Below are positions 1 to 9,697 of a stretch of DNA of 64,000 nt, in pieces. Origin of the DNA: Minisyncoccota bacterium (GTDB lineage: Bacteria; Patescibacteriota; Microgenomatia; UBA1400; PJMF01); assembly GCA_029881675.1 (NCBI GenBank), contig JAOUMD010000002.1, positions 10,228 to 74,227 of the forward strand. Reading direction: 5' to 3'. The notes beneath the pieces are model-generated. The model was not told the DNA's origin. It searched no databases and was given only the letters and a program-made list of their open reading frames with translations. The stretch's first letter is position 1; every line of letters starts with the position of its first letter. Both the position numbers and the translations under genes were made by a program.

Positions 1-8
1 AAGAGGAT

Positions 9-317
9 ATGAGCCCTGATGAGTTAGAGGCTTATTATCATAAAGTTAGAGGAGAATGTGCTACTGAGTTTGATGGCCCAGTAATGGAGCAGGAAGTGAG
101 TAATGAAGATGGAAGTGAGATAGAGACTATTTTTGACAGACCAAAAACAGGTACTACTGAATTCTATTCACCACAACAAATTATTGAATATGAACATAAT
201 CCTGATGAGATAAGACCAATCGGTATTTGGTATAGAGCAGCTGCACAAGTTATTGCTACCAGTTATGGAATCTCTGTAAAAGTGAGTGATTTATTAAATA
301 GAAATAAGAAAAAGTAG
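9..317 (+). CDS. hypothetical protein (102 aa)
   Basis: ORF with AAGAGGA RBS 5 nt upstream of ATG at 9; no recognisable motif. Confidence 0.4.
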   Translation: MSPDELEAYYHKVRGECATEFDGPVMEQEVSNEDGSEIETIFDRPKTGTTEFYSPQQIIEYEHNPDEIRPIGIWYRAAAQVIATSYGISVKVSDLLNRNKKK

Positions 318-320
318 GGT

Positions 321-881
321 ATGAAAGAAAGAGGAAAATTAACAGTTTATACAGGTCCAATGTATGCAGATAAGACAACACATTTAATCGGACATGCAAA
401 AGAAGCTGGAGATAATGGAATAGTTTTTAAACCAAGTTTAGACGATCGTTTTGGAGGAGGGGATTATATACGTTCTCATAATGGGGAAGCACATCAAGCA
501 GTTTTATTTGATGCCAAAAAACCAGCAGAAATTCTAAAAGAAATAGCGAAATTAGAAGGAATATCTCAGGCCATTATCGATGAGATTCAATTTTGTGCTA
601 GTGATGTAGTAACCATCTTAGAAAAGTTACTTGTTCAAGGACTTAATGTGATAGTAGCAGGCTTAGATCTTGATTCTGAAAAGAACTGGTTTGGTTCAAT
701 GCAAGAAATAATAGAAATGGCTGATAAAGTTGTTAACCTAACTGCAGACTGTGATGGCTGTGGCGGAGATGCCACTCTTACATATTCTAAAGTTCCTAAA
801 GAAGGTGTAGTGGCAGTTGGGGCTGGTGACCTTTATGGCGCAGCTTGTGAGAGTTGTTATGGAGGACTTAGTAAGTCATAA
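321..881 (+). CDS. tdk: thymidine kinase
   Basis: P-loop-like GPMYADKTT near N-terminus and C-terminal zinc ribbon CDGCGG...C..C, typical TK architecture. Confidence 0.85.
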   Translation: MKERGKLTVYTGPMYADKTTHLIGHAKEAGDNGIVFKPSLDDRFGGGDYIRSHNGEAHQAVLFDAKKPAEILKEIAKLEGISQAIIDEIQFCASDVVTILEKLLVQGLNVIVAGLDLDSEKNWFGSMQEIIEMADKVVNLTADCDGCGGDATLTYSKVPKEGVVAVGAGDLYGAACESCYGGLSKS

Positions 882-942
882 CTATAATTTTATTATTTGC
901 TTAATTGATTAGTTTAATTGTATAAAAAGATAAGGAGTAAAT

Positions 943-1575
943 ATGACAAATAAAAAAGGGCAACTTATCACCTTTGAGGGTGGTGAAGGTGGAGGGAAGA
1001 CCACTCAAATAGTTAGATTAAGAGATAGTCTTACCAAAGCTGGTCATGATGTTGTAGTACTTAGAGAACCAGGTGGAACTGTCATTAGTGAGCAGATTAG
1101 AGAAGTTGTTCTTTCAAGTAAAAATGTCGGTATTGCCTTTACTACTGAGGTCCTTTTATTCCAAGCAGCCAGAGCTCAAATATATAGAGAAATTGTTTTA
1201 CCTAGTCTTAAAGCAGGTAAAGTTGTACTGATGGATAGATCTAGAGATAGTTCTGTTGTATATCAAGGTATTGTTAGAGGTTTTGGAGAGAAGATGATTG
1301 AAGATCTTAATGATATTTCTACAAATAAAACTACTCCAGACCTTACTTTACTTTTAGATCTTCCTGTAGAGATTGGTTTACAAAGAAGAGTTGAATCAGG
1401 CAAGATGGATAGATTAGATATGGAAGCAGTAGACTTTCATCATCAAGTTAGAAAAGGTTATTTAAAGATTGCCAAAGAGAATAAGAAGAAGAGATGGCAT
1501 ATTATTGATGCTAGTCAATCACTTGAGAAAGTAGAGGAAGATATCTGGGATATTGTAAGTAAAAAGATCAAGTAG
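943..1575 (+). CDS. tmk: thymidylate (dTMP) kinase
   Basis: ITFEGGEGGGKTTQ P-loop, DRSRDSS lid region; tdk-tmk context. Confidence 0.85.
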   Translation: MTNKKGQLITFEGGEGGGKTTQIVRLRDSLTKAGHDVVVLREPGGTVISEQIREVVLSSKNVGIAFTTEVLLFQAARAQIYREIVLPSLKAGKVVLMDRSRDSSVVYQGIVRGFGEKMIEDLNDISTNKTTPDLTLLLDLPVEIGLQRRVESGKMDRLDMEAVDFHHQVRKGYLKIAKENKKKRWHIIDASQSLEKVEEDIWDIVSKKIK

Positions 1576-1646
1576 ATATTGCGTTGTAGGGAGAAATAGT
1601 TTAGGTTTGAGATGCGATTAATATTAATTATTATTGAAAGGAAACT

Positions 1647-2021
1647 ATGACAGAGAAAAAACAAAAACCAACAAAAAAAGATCTTGAAATGCTTGGTCAA
1701 GTTCAGGAAAATTTGGGTGAAGTACAGCGTCAGGCAAGAGTATGGCTTTCTCAGGCAGTAAAAGATGAAATGAGAGCAAGAGGGTTTAATTCGACTTCTC
1801 AAGTTGAAGCATTGACTAATGAAGAAATTAATGGAGAAGGTGGCTTTATTGACTCTGTAGAGTCAAGATATAGAGATATTATTTCCTCATCAGATTTAAC
1901 AAGAGAAATACCAAATGAATTAGCTAAAACTAAGATTGGTGGCAGAGTAGAATTAAATAAAATGCTTAGGCAATTTGGGGCTGAGGAAAGAGTATCTAAA
2001 AAACCAAGACAACAAGAATAG
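1647..2021 (+). CDS. hypothetical protein; sits where YbaB/EbfC usually lies immediately upstream of recR
   Basis: 124 aa charged helical protein 6 nt upstream of recR; function from synteny only, sequence not clearly YbaB. Confidence 0.4.
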   Translation: MTEKKQKPTKKDLEMLGQVQENLGEVQRQARVWLSQAVKDEMRARGFNSTSQVEALTNEEINGEGGFIDSVESRYRDIISSSDLTREIPNELAKTKIGGRVELNKMLRQFGAEERVSKKPRQQE

Positions 2022-2027
2022 TTTAAA

Positions 2028-2633
2028 ATGCAAAAACTCCCCCGTGCCGTACGGAGGTTAATAGAAAAATTTGAAAGACTACCAGGCGTTGGTCCTAAAT
2101 CAGCCCAACGCTTGGTTTTCTATTTACTCCATAATCCAGATCATGAGCTAGAAGACTTCTCTGAGAGGTTACTTGCTTTAAAGCGTGACACTGTCAGATG
2201 TGATGACTGTCATAATATCAGTGAGTCTAATCCTTGTCCTGTCTGTGATGATAGTTCTAGAGATAGAACTGTCCTTTGTGTAGTAGAACAACCTTTGGAT
2301 ATGCTTGCATTGGAGAGAAGTGATAAATTTAAAGGTATATACCATGTCTTACATGGAGCCATTTCACCCCTTAATAACATTGGTCCCGACCAAATATTTC
2401 TTCGTGATATCCTGAAGCGATTAGATGGGGTAGAAGAACTGATTATTGCCACTAATCCTACAATGGAGGGTGAAGCAACCGCTTTATATATTTCTGAAAT
2501 AATTGAGAATTCTAATGGTAACAATGATCTTAAAATAACCAGAATCGGTCATGGTCTACCTGTTGGAGCTGATATTGAATATGCTGATGGAGTAACCTTG
2601 GCAAGGGCTTTGGAAGGCCGGAGGAAAATCTAG
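2028..2633 (+). CDS. recR: recombination protein RecR
   Basis: N-terminal HhH (LPGVGPKSAQRL), C4 zinc finger (CDDC...CPVC), Toprim region. Confidence 0.9.
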   Translation: MQKLPRAVRRLIEKFERLPGVGPKSAQRLVFYLLHNPDHELEDFSERLLALKRDTVRCDDCHNISESNPCPVCDDSSRDRTVLCVVEQPLDMLALERSDKFKGIYHVLHGAISPLNNIGPDQIFLRDILKRLDGVEELIIATNPTMEGEATALYISEIIENSNGNNDLKITRIGHGLPVGADIEYADGVTLARALEGRRKI

Positions 2634-2724
2634 TTTTTGACTCTTTTGTCAATCTTTATTGCCCTTGATTTCATACTATTTTTGTTTTAATCTATTGATA
2701 GATGATAACTCAATCTAAACAAGA

Positions 2725-2773
2725 GGCCCTGTTTCTTAGTTTCATAATTTGGAGCTAGGTAACAGGGTTTTTT
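2725..2773 (+). terminator. possible intrinsic terminator (CCCTGTT...AACAGGG + T6) after recR
   Basis: 7-bp stem with a long loop followed by TTTTTT; weak. Confidence 0.25.
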
Positions 2774-2804
2774 AGTATTAGCCGCCCTGAGGAAAGGTTT
2801 TTCT

Positions 2805-3119
2805 ATGAACATAACTGTTCAATCAAAAACTTTAGAAGTTACCGATGCTTTAAGAGCTTTCTGCGAGAAGCAAGCTAGTAAAGTTGGCCGTTTTGGGAGA
2901 AATATTTCTCAAATTAATATCCACATTGAAAATATCACCAGAAAGAAGAATGACCCTACAGCTGCTAGTGTGCAATATAGCGTTGATTTACCTGGTAAAG
3001 TATTAGTTGTAAAAAGAACTGCTGTTAATATGTATGATGCAGTGGTCGACGCAACAAATGGCATTATGAGACAGGTCCGCAAAACAAAAGAAAAGCGCAT
3101 TACTAAGAAAAGAGGTTAA
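2805..3119 (+). CDS. hpf: ribosome hibernation promoting factor / RaiA family (short form)
   Basis: MNITVQSKTLEVTDALRAFCEKQ... matches HPF/YfiA fold signature; 104 aa. Confidence 0.8.
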   Translation: MNITVQSKTLEVTDALRAFCEKQASKVGRFGRNISQINIHIENITRKKNDPTAASVQYSVDLPGKVLVVKRTAVNMYDAVVDATNGIMRQVRKTKEKRITKKRG

Positions 3120-3171
3120 TTCTCTAACTTAAGTCTTGATAATTTAGTTAGTTTCGAGGTATTGTACCTGT

Positions 3172-3501
3172 ATGGCAGATACTACTCAAGCAGCTCCAAA
3201 GAAAAATCCTTTAGATATCCTAGAGGATATTTTGGATAATGCAGAAGCACAAAAAGAAGATAATGAAGCAGCAGCTGCAGAGGCTAAGCTTCTTGCTGAA
3301 ATAAAGGAAAAAGAAGAAGCAGCTCGTCAAGCTGATTTAGCTAAGTTAGAAGAAGAAAGAGCTAAGATGACAGCAATTGAGTCATCTCCAGAATCTCAAG
3401 CACGTCTTTCTCAAATAAAAGAAAAGTCAGAACAAAAGCAAGAAAAAGAAGATAACAGCAAAGGTTTTGAAATTAGACAAATGGGTCATACAAAAATTTA
3501 A
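3172..3501 (+). CDS. hypothetical coiled-coil protein (E/K/A-rich)
   Basis: ORF, low complexity; in the same frame as the next ORF, separated by a single TAA. Confidence 0.4.
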   Translation: MADTTQAAPKKNPLDILEDILDNAEAQKEDNEAAAAEAKLLAEIKEKEEAARQADLAKLEEERAKMTAIESSPESQARLSQIKEKSEQKQEKEDNSKGFEIRQMGHTKI

Positions 3502-3504
3502 AAT

Positions 3505-4095
3505 ATGCCAGGTCCTGCCCCAGGTCAAAATTCTCAATTAGGTAATCTCAATGCAATGGGTGGTGATCCTAGTGAAGTGATGAGCCAACTTCAAGGTGGT
3601 TCTAGTGCTGGAGCACAAGCTACTCCAGCTCCACAGCAACTTCAATCAATGCAGCAACAAATGGGAGGTGCTCAAACAGATCAAGCTCCTCGTGCCATTG
3701 GTTCTATTGGAGAAGAACTAGTTAAACGACCTTTGGCTGATATTGCCAAAGGAATTAAATCAATATTTTCTTTAGATAATTTACTTGGCGTAGAAAGTAA
3801 TAAGCCAGACCCACAAGCTCAAGCAAAAAAGAAGCAGTTACATCAAAGATTTAATCAACTTTCACAGGAAGAGCAAGGAGTTGCAAGGGAAAGATATCAA
3901 CAAGAGATGGAACGAAAGCAAAGGATGGCAGAAGAAGATGAAAGAAGTAGACAAATGAAAGCTCAATCAAAACAATCAATAGTAATGCCTTCTAGTCCAC
4001 AAAAGGGCAATGGAGGACAATCAAAGAAACAGAATGCTATGCAACAATTACAAGATGATAGGACTAAGATAGGAAAGGTGCAGGGGGCTAGTTAA
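3505..4095 (+). CDS. hypothetical Q-rich low-complexity protein
   Basis: ORF; Q/G/A-rich N-terminus, charged C-terminus. Confidence 0.4.
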   Translation: MPGPAPGQNSQLGNLNAMGGDPSEVMSQLQGGSSAGAQATPAPQQLQSMQQQMGGAQTDQAPRAIGSIGEELVKRPLADIAKGIKSIFSLDNLLGVESNKPDPQAQAKKKQLHQRFNQLSQEEQGVARERYQQEMERKQRMAEEDERSRQMKAQSKQSIVMPSSPQKGNGGQSKKQNAMQQLQDDRTKIGKVQGAS

Positions 4096-4189
4096 TATTT
4101 TAGTGTATAATCAAATAAATGAAAAAGACAAAATTATTTACCAACTGCTGTATTAACCCTCTGAAATAAACTTGGGTATCTATTGTAGT

Positions 4190-4217
4190 GTGACCACCCA
4201 AGGGGTGGTTTTTTTAT
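4190..4217 (+). terminator. intrinsic terminator
   Basis: GACCACCC-AAG-GGGTGG hairpin followed by T7. Confidence 0.6.
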
Positions 4218-4315
4218 ATCTAAATTATAAAAACTAAACAACCTAAGTAACCATAGTTTAGAAAATAATAAAAAATAATAAGTAAAAAAAATAAATAAAA
4301 AATAAGAAAGAAAAT

Positions 4316-5051
4316 ATGAAAAAAGAAACATTGAAAATAAAAAAGAATTGGAAAGAACAGGGAGTGGGATTTGTTTTAGCTCATCCTGATGATGAAGCTT
4401 TAATGTGGGGAATGATGGAGTATCTTTGTTGAGGCTGGTGTTCCTATAACTGTTATTTTATTAACTCTGGGAGAGCTAGGTTCAATAGCTGATCAACCCG
4501 GTTTATCTACAAATGAAGTAAAAGATGTTCGTCGTCAGGAGTTTACTCAAGCTATGGATTCTCTAGGGGCTGACTATGAAATTATGGGCTATGGAGATTT
4601 TGGTTTGGCAATGATGCCATTTAGAAATCTTGCCATGCCACTGTTAAATTTATTAAGACAAAAAGATTTTGCAGCTATTTTTTCTTTTCATCCCTATGAA
4701 ATTACTCCTAATTTTGATCATCCAGACCATAATATAGCGGGTGAAGCAGCGAGGTTTGCGGCAGCAGGACAAGATGTAGAGAACCTTAAAACAGGTCCAT
4801 ATATTGCTAGTAGTGACTCTTACGGCGCAACAGAATCTAGACCAGAGTTATATCTTTGGACAACAGATAAAAGCAAGGCAACACATAAACAGAAATTAAC
4901 AAAGAAGTCTCGTAAAAAGAGAAATAAATACTTACAAAAGCAGTATCCATCCCAATTTCCTCGTCAAAGTAAAAAGAGATGGGGTAGAATCTTTGATAAG
5001 ATTACAGAGAATGGTAAAAGTCACTCTGAGTTTTATCAGCAGGTTCGTTAG
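4316..5051 (+). pseudogene. PIG-L/LmbE family N-acetylglucosaminyl deacetylase, interrupted by +1 frameshift at T-run 4424-4430
   Basis: N-terminal fragment MKKETLK...VLAHPDDEALMWGMMEYLC* carries the HPDDE zinc-binding motif. Removing one T gives continuous ...YLVEAGVPITVILLTLGELG..., which matches the LmbE core. ORF 4554..5051 is the downstream part. Confidence 0.6.
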
Positions 5052-5077
5052 AATAAAGATAAATATAAGAATAAATT

Positions 5078-6520
5078 ATGAAACTATATAACACGTTAAG
5101 TAAAGCAATTGAAGAAATTAAAGTCCCAGAGGGTAAAGAGCTTGGGCTATATGCCTGTGGTCCTACTGTTTATGATTACACTCATTTAGGTCATCTTAGA
5201 AAATATACTTTAGATGATGTTCTAGTTAGAGCACTTCGTAAAGATGGCTATAAAGTAAAGCATGTCCAAAATATTACTGATGTCGGTCATCTTAGTGATG
5301 ATGGAGATGAAGGAGAAGATAAGTTAGAAAAGGGTGCTAAGAAATATGGTGAGAGTGTTTGGGACATCGCCAAAAGATTTGAGAATTATTTCTGGCACAG
5401 TATGGATTTAATTGGTGTAGAGAAACCTGATATTAGCTGTAGAGCTACAGATCATATCGAGCAGCAGTTAGAGATGGTCAAGACTTTAGAAAAGAAAGGT
5501 TTTGCCTATGTTATTGATGGTGATGGAGTCTATTTTGATACTTCAAAATTAGATGACTATGGCAAACTTGCTAGATTAAAACTTGATGACCTTAAAGAAG
5601 GAGCTAGAGTTGAAACAAAAGGAAAAAAGAATCCGACTGACTTTGCTTTATGGAAATTTGAGAGAAAAGGAGAGAATAGGGCAATGGTATGGGATAGCCC
5701 TTGGCATGAGAGAAGTTTCCCAGGCTGGCACATTGAATGTTCTGCAATGGGTATGCACTATCTTGGGGATCAATTTGAGATCCATACTGGTGGTATAGAT
5801 CATATCCCAGTTCACCATACAAATGAGATCGCTCAGGCAGAAGCTAGCTCAGGCAAGAAACCTTTTGTAAAGGTATGGGTCCATCATAATTTCTTACAAA
5901 TTGAAGGTGAGAAGATGAGTAAGAGCCTTGGTAATGTTTTCAATATTGATGACGTTGTAGAAAAGGGTTTTGATCCAGAAGCGTTAAGACTTCTTTTCCT
6001 AACTGGTCATTATCGTAGTGAGATGAACTTTACTTGGAATAATCTAGCCGGTAGTCAAAAGGCTTGGAACAGATTGCTTAAAATGGTTATGAATTTACGA
6101 GATAAAGTAAAATCAGATGAGGTATTTTCTGAAAAAGGCCAATCAAAATTAGCTGCTAATTATTCTCAAAATTTCTATTCTGCAATTAATAATGATCTTA
6201 ATACTGCTCAAGCCATTGCCACAATGTGGGACATGATGAAGGATAGCAAGCTTCCTGGTAGAGAAAAGTTATTCTTACTTTTTGATTTTGATAGTGTTTT
6301 AGGTCTTGGTTTAGAAGAAGCGTCTTTATCTAAGAATGCAACTTTTAAAGGTATGAGTAAGGTTAAAGCTCCACAAGAAGTATTAGACTTATTAGAACAA
6401 CGTGATCAAGCTAGAAAAGATCAAAAATGGGAAAAGTCAGATAGTATTAGAGATCAAATTGCTGAGCTTGGATATAAAGTTACCGATGGCTCTAATGGTC
6501 AAGAAGTAGAGAAGCTTTAA
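5078..6520 (+). CDS. cysS: cysteinyl-tRNA synthetase
   Basis: HIGH-type motif (THLGHLRKY), KMSKS motif, Cys-binding residues. Confidence 0.9.
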   Translation: MKLYNTLSKAIEEIKVPEGKELGLYACGPTVYDYTHLGHLRKYTLDDVLVRALRKDGYKVKHVQNITDVGHLSDDGDEGEDKLEKGAKKYGESVWDIAKRFENYFWHSMDLIGVEKPDISCRATDHIEQQLEMVKTLEKKGFAYVIDGDGVYFDTSKLDDYGKLARLKLDDLKEGARVETKGKKNPTDFALWKFERKGENRAMVWDSPWHERSFPGWHIECSAMGMHYLGDQFEIHTGGIDHIPVHHTNEIAQAEASSGKKPFVKVWVHHNFLQIEGEKMSKSLGNVFNIDDVVEKGFDPEALRLLFLTGHYRSEMNFTWNNLAGSQKAWNRLLKMVMNLRDKVKSDEVFSEKGQSKLAANYSQNFYSAINNDLNTAQAIATMWDMMKDSKLPGREKLFLLFDFDSVLGLGLEEASLSKNATFKGMSKVKAPQEVLDLLEQRDQARKDQKWEKSDSIRDQIAELGYKVTDGSNGQEVEKL

Positions 6521-6912
6521 GTTAAAGTTTTTGCTTTTTGTAAAATAGAATAGAACCCTTTATCTGTCACAATTAAGTGATCAATTATTCTTACTCCTAA
6601 GATTTCTCCTGCATTGATGAGGATCTTAGTAGTGGTTAAATCACTTTTACTTGGCAATAAATTTCCTGATGGGTGATTGTGGGCTAAGATAATAAATCGA
6701 GCTCTATTTTTTAGAGTAGGGACAAAGATCTCAGCCTGACTGAATTTTATTTCATCTACCTTGGGTTTAATTGTTTTTTTATTTATGACAGTCCCAGACG
6801 AATTTAGATAGAAAATAATCAGTGATTCATTCCTTTGTTTGTGTATCTTCTTGGTTAATAAATAGATGTCCCTTGGACTAGTAATTTTTGTCATGGTGAT
6901 AATATGCACCAT
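6517..6912 (-). CDS. RadC-like JAB/MPN domain protein
   Basis: HNHPSG...PS.SD JAMM motif (ILAHNHPSGNLLPSKSDL). Confidence 0.75.
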   Translation of the reverse strand: MVHIITMTKITSPRDIYLLTKKIHKQRNESLIIFYLNSSGTVINKKTIKPKVDEIKFSQAEIFVPTLKNRARFIILAHNHPSGNLLPSKSDLTTTKILINAGEILGVRIIDHLIVTDKGFYSILQKAKTLT

Positions 6913-6958
6913 CTTCCTTGCATAGATCTTTCATAGTGCTTTTACTTAGAATAAAAGT

Positions 6959-8245
6959 TTGCTATATTGGATTAATATGCGAAAAGTAATCTCAGTTTTT
7001 CTCATCGGCCTATTTGGGTTGATGATACTACCAAAATCAGTATTAGCTAAACAATATGATAATCTCATCACCTTGCCTGTAGATGAAGCTCAAGAGCAAG
7101 AAATTCAGGCGATGGATACAAGTTTTGTTTTGGAAGAAACTGATGGAGAAGTACTGGGAACAGTTCAAAACGCAATTGTAGAAGATGTTGACATGGGTCC
7201 TCACTTCTATTTTGGTGAAGATATTACTGTAGATGAAGACTTAGTTGGTGACGTTTATGTCGCTGGAGGAACTGTAGTAGTAAACGGCATGATCGATGGC
7301 GACCTAATGGTTGCTGGTGGTACCGTAACTTTGAATGGTGATGTAAGCCAAGATGTCAGAGCTGCAGGTGGTACTTTGATGGTTAATGGCATGATCGGAG
7401 AAAATCTATCCATTGCTGGAGGAACTATTTTGTTTAGTTCAGAATCAAAAGTTGGGAATAGTATTGTCGCAGCAGGAGGAGAAGTTAGTTTAGATGGTGA
7501 AGTTTTGGGCAGAGTATTCCTCGGTGGAGGAGCTGCAAAGTTAGCAGGTAGTTATGGATCTGATGTTAATGCTCAAGCAGACACAATTCAAGTTGCTCCT
7601 GGTGTAGTTATTGCAGGGTCTTTAATTGCAGAAGCTGGTATAAAAGTTGATGTCTCAGAAGAGGCAGAAGTTATGGGTGAAAAGATGGTCAGTATTACTC
7701 CTGTAGAAGGAAGAAAAGATTTATCAGATGAAAAGATGAAGTCTGTTGGAGGTGTATTAGTTAAAGCTACTTTAGTTGAATTCTTTATGAAGCTTGCCAT
7801 GGCAGTTGTTTCAGGAGGATTAGTAATATACTTCATGCCTAAACTTGTAGAACAGGTCTCAAAGACAGTTCTAGATGCTCCATTGGCAAATGCTGGTTGG
7901 GGTCTTGTTTACCTCTTTATTACACCAATAGTAATTCTCTTAGCTATGATTAGTATTGTTGCTCTTCCAATAGCGGGAATTATTACTCTCGTATACTTAT
8001 TATCATTCATTGTTGCCAAATGGGCAGTTGCATATGCTGTCGGTATTAAATTAGCAAAGAACCTTAAAGTAAAAGCCTTAGAGAATAAATATCTTGGTTT
8101 TGCAGTAGGAATGCTAGTAATTAATGCAGTAGGTTTTGTCCCTGTCTTAGGATGGCTGGTAAAGACTATAGTATTCTTTATCGGAATGGGAGCTATCTTT
8201 AGCTTAATTAAGCTAAATGTATTATCTAAAAGCGCTAGAAAATAA
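6959..8245 (+). CDS. signal peptide + repeated beta-helix (DUF4097/YvlB- or bactofilin-like) domain fused to C-terminal multi-pass membrane domain
   Basis: About six ~20-aa repeats of the form (V/L)AGG(T/E)V.VNG.I.GDL; hydrophobic C-terminal third with 4-5 TM segments. Confidence 0.5.
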   Translation: MLYWINMRKVISVFLIGLFGLMILPKSVLAKQYDNLITLPVDEAQEQEIQAMDTSFVLEETDGEVLGTVQNAIVEDVDMGPHFYFGEDITVDEDLVGDVYVAGGTVVVNGMIDGDLMVAGGTVTLNGDVSQDVRAAGGTLMVNGMIGENLSIAGGTILFSSESKVGNSIVAAGGEVSLDGEVLGRVFLGGGAAKLAGSYGSDVNAQADTIQVAPGVVIAGSLIAEAGIKVDVSEEAEVMGEKMVSITPVEGRKDLSDEKMKSVGGVLVKATLVEFFMKLAMAVVSGGLVIYFMPKLVEQVSKTVLDAPLANAGWGLVYLFITPIVILLAMISIVALPIAGIITLVYLLSFIVAKWAVAYAVGIKLAKNLKVKALENKYLGFAVGMLVINAVGFVPVLGWLVKTIVFFIGMGAIFSLIKLNVLSKSARK

Positions 8246-8431
8246 ATGAAGAAACTTGTTAGACCAAGGAAGGGGAGAAGATTTGCCGGTGTTGCAATTG
8301 GTATAGCTAACTACTTGAACGTTGATGTGACTGTAGTTAGATTAATCTGGGTCTTTCTCTTTATCCCAGGGGGCTTTCCAGGATTAATCCCATATATTCT
8401 TTGTTGGTTAGTTATTCCTGAAGAGAATTAG
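8246..8431 (+). CDS. PspC-domain membrane protein
   Basis: RPRKGRRFAGVAIGIANYLNVDVTVVRLIWV matches PspC N-terminal domain + TM. Confidence 0.7.
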   Translation: MKKLVRPRKGRRFAGVAIGIANYLNVDVTVVRLIWVFLFIPGGFPGLIPYILCWLVIPEEN

Positions 8432-8461
8432 ATAAAAATAAAATATTAGTGAGTAGATATT

Positions 8462-8490
8462 AAAAGAGCGTGGGGTGACCACGCTCTTTT
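8462..8490. terminator. bidirectional intrinsic terminator between convergent genes
   Basis: AAAAGAGCGTGG-GGTGA-CCACGCTCTTTT perfect 9-bp stem flanked by A/T runs. Confidence 0.6.
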
Positions 8491-8515
8491 GTATTTGTTT
8501 CTTATTTATTACTCT

Positions 8516-9025
8516 TTATGATCGGATATAGATAACGGTGAAGATATTACTGTAGTATGTTGCCGTTGGAAAACTAAAGTTATCCCCGTTACATTCTGAA
8601 TACTGTGTTACCAAGATATCACCATATGACACACTGCATTCATTCTGAACTTCGTTCGTGATTGTGATGTACAACGTATTTGTATCTTCAGCCCACTGCA
8701 TACTTGTTGCATGGGCTCCATTAATTACTGTTCCATTTTGAAAGAGTGTTTCTGGAGAGGAGTTGACTGTAATTTCAAATAATGCGTAAAAACGCATCAT
8801 GTCATCATCAACATTTTGAAATACGAATTCTCGTATCAACTCATAAGCAGGCGGATAGATATACTCAAAGTTGAGTGCATTCATATCAAAGACAGGGGTA
8901 ACACCCCAGTCTAGAATAACTTCTTCACCGTCCATAAGACGGGAATAATCACTAGAATCTTGAGCGAAACTGATTGTCGGGACGATAAGTGATAGCAGTA
9001 GAGCAATTATTAGGAATTTCTTCAT
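8516..9025 (-). CDS. secreted hypothetical protein (signal peptide)
   Basis: MKKFLIIALLLSLIVPTISFAQD signal; no known domain. Confidence 0.45.
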   Translation of the reverse strand: MKKFLIIALLLSLIVPTISFAQDSSDYSRLMDGEEVILDWGVTPVFDMNALNFEYIYPPAYELIREFVFQNVDDDMMRFYALFEITVNSSPETLFQNGTVINGAHATSMQWAEDTNTLYITITNEVQNECSVSYGDILVTQYSECNGDNFSFPTATYYSNIFTVIYIRS

Positions 9026-9240
9026 TCTTTTGCTTCCTTTATATCATTCGTTACATTGTCGGTTTTGTATTATCCTTTCAGATAATATTCCAATTCATAA
9101 TGACTGGTATATTACTTTCACTAAGCGTAAATGCAATATACCAGTCACTAATTTAAAGAGTTTTTAAAGAACTTTGAATGGTTATTTTAAGATAAAAATA
9201 ACTTTATTCAAGGTCTTGAGTATAGCAAAACTAGAGGAAA

Positions 9241-9696
9241 ATGTCAATATTATGGGACTTTTTTGCAACATTGATAAGTATTGTTTTTATGTATAATACC
9301 AATATGAATAAATCAGAAAGACCAAGGCAATTAAGATTAGGAGGGGACTTTGGAGGGGATACTCCTAAGCTAGTTATTGAAGCTCCCAAAAAAGAGGAGC
9401 AGTCAGAACATCCCAATGCACCTGAAGGAAGTACTCATATGATTGCTCAAGAAAAAGAGGTATTTTTTGCGATAGAACCTCAACCTGAATATGGCAGTGG
9501 TTCATATGATAATGTTTATACTGTCAAAAAACCTTTTTATGCAGAATATATAAGAGAAGAAGGTAAATGGGAATATTTTAAAGTTAAAGGAATGACTAAA
9601 GATAAACTATTTGGTGTTTTTTATAGAGGGAAAAGAATAGGTTTGGCTGAAGGAACTATTTTTAAAACAAAGAAGAGTAATAGGATAAAAATATAA
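9241..9696 (+). CDS. hypothetical protein
   Basis: ORF only. Confidence 0.35.
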   Translation: MSILWDFFATLISIVFMYNTNMNKSERPRQLRLGGDFGGDTPKLVIEAPKKEEQSEHPNAPEGSTHMIAQEKEVFFAIEPQPEYGSGSYDNVYTVKKPFYAEYIREEGKWEYFKVKGMTKDKLFGVFYRGKRIGLAEGTIFKTKKSNRIKI

Positions 9697-9697
9697 A

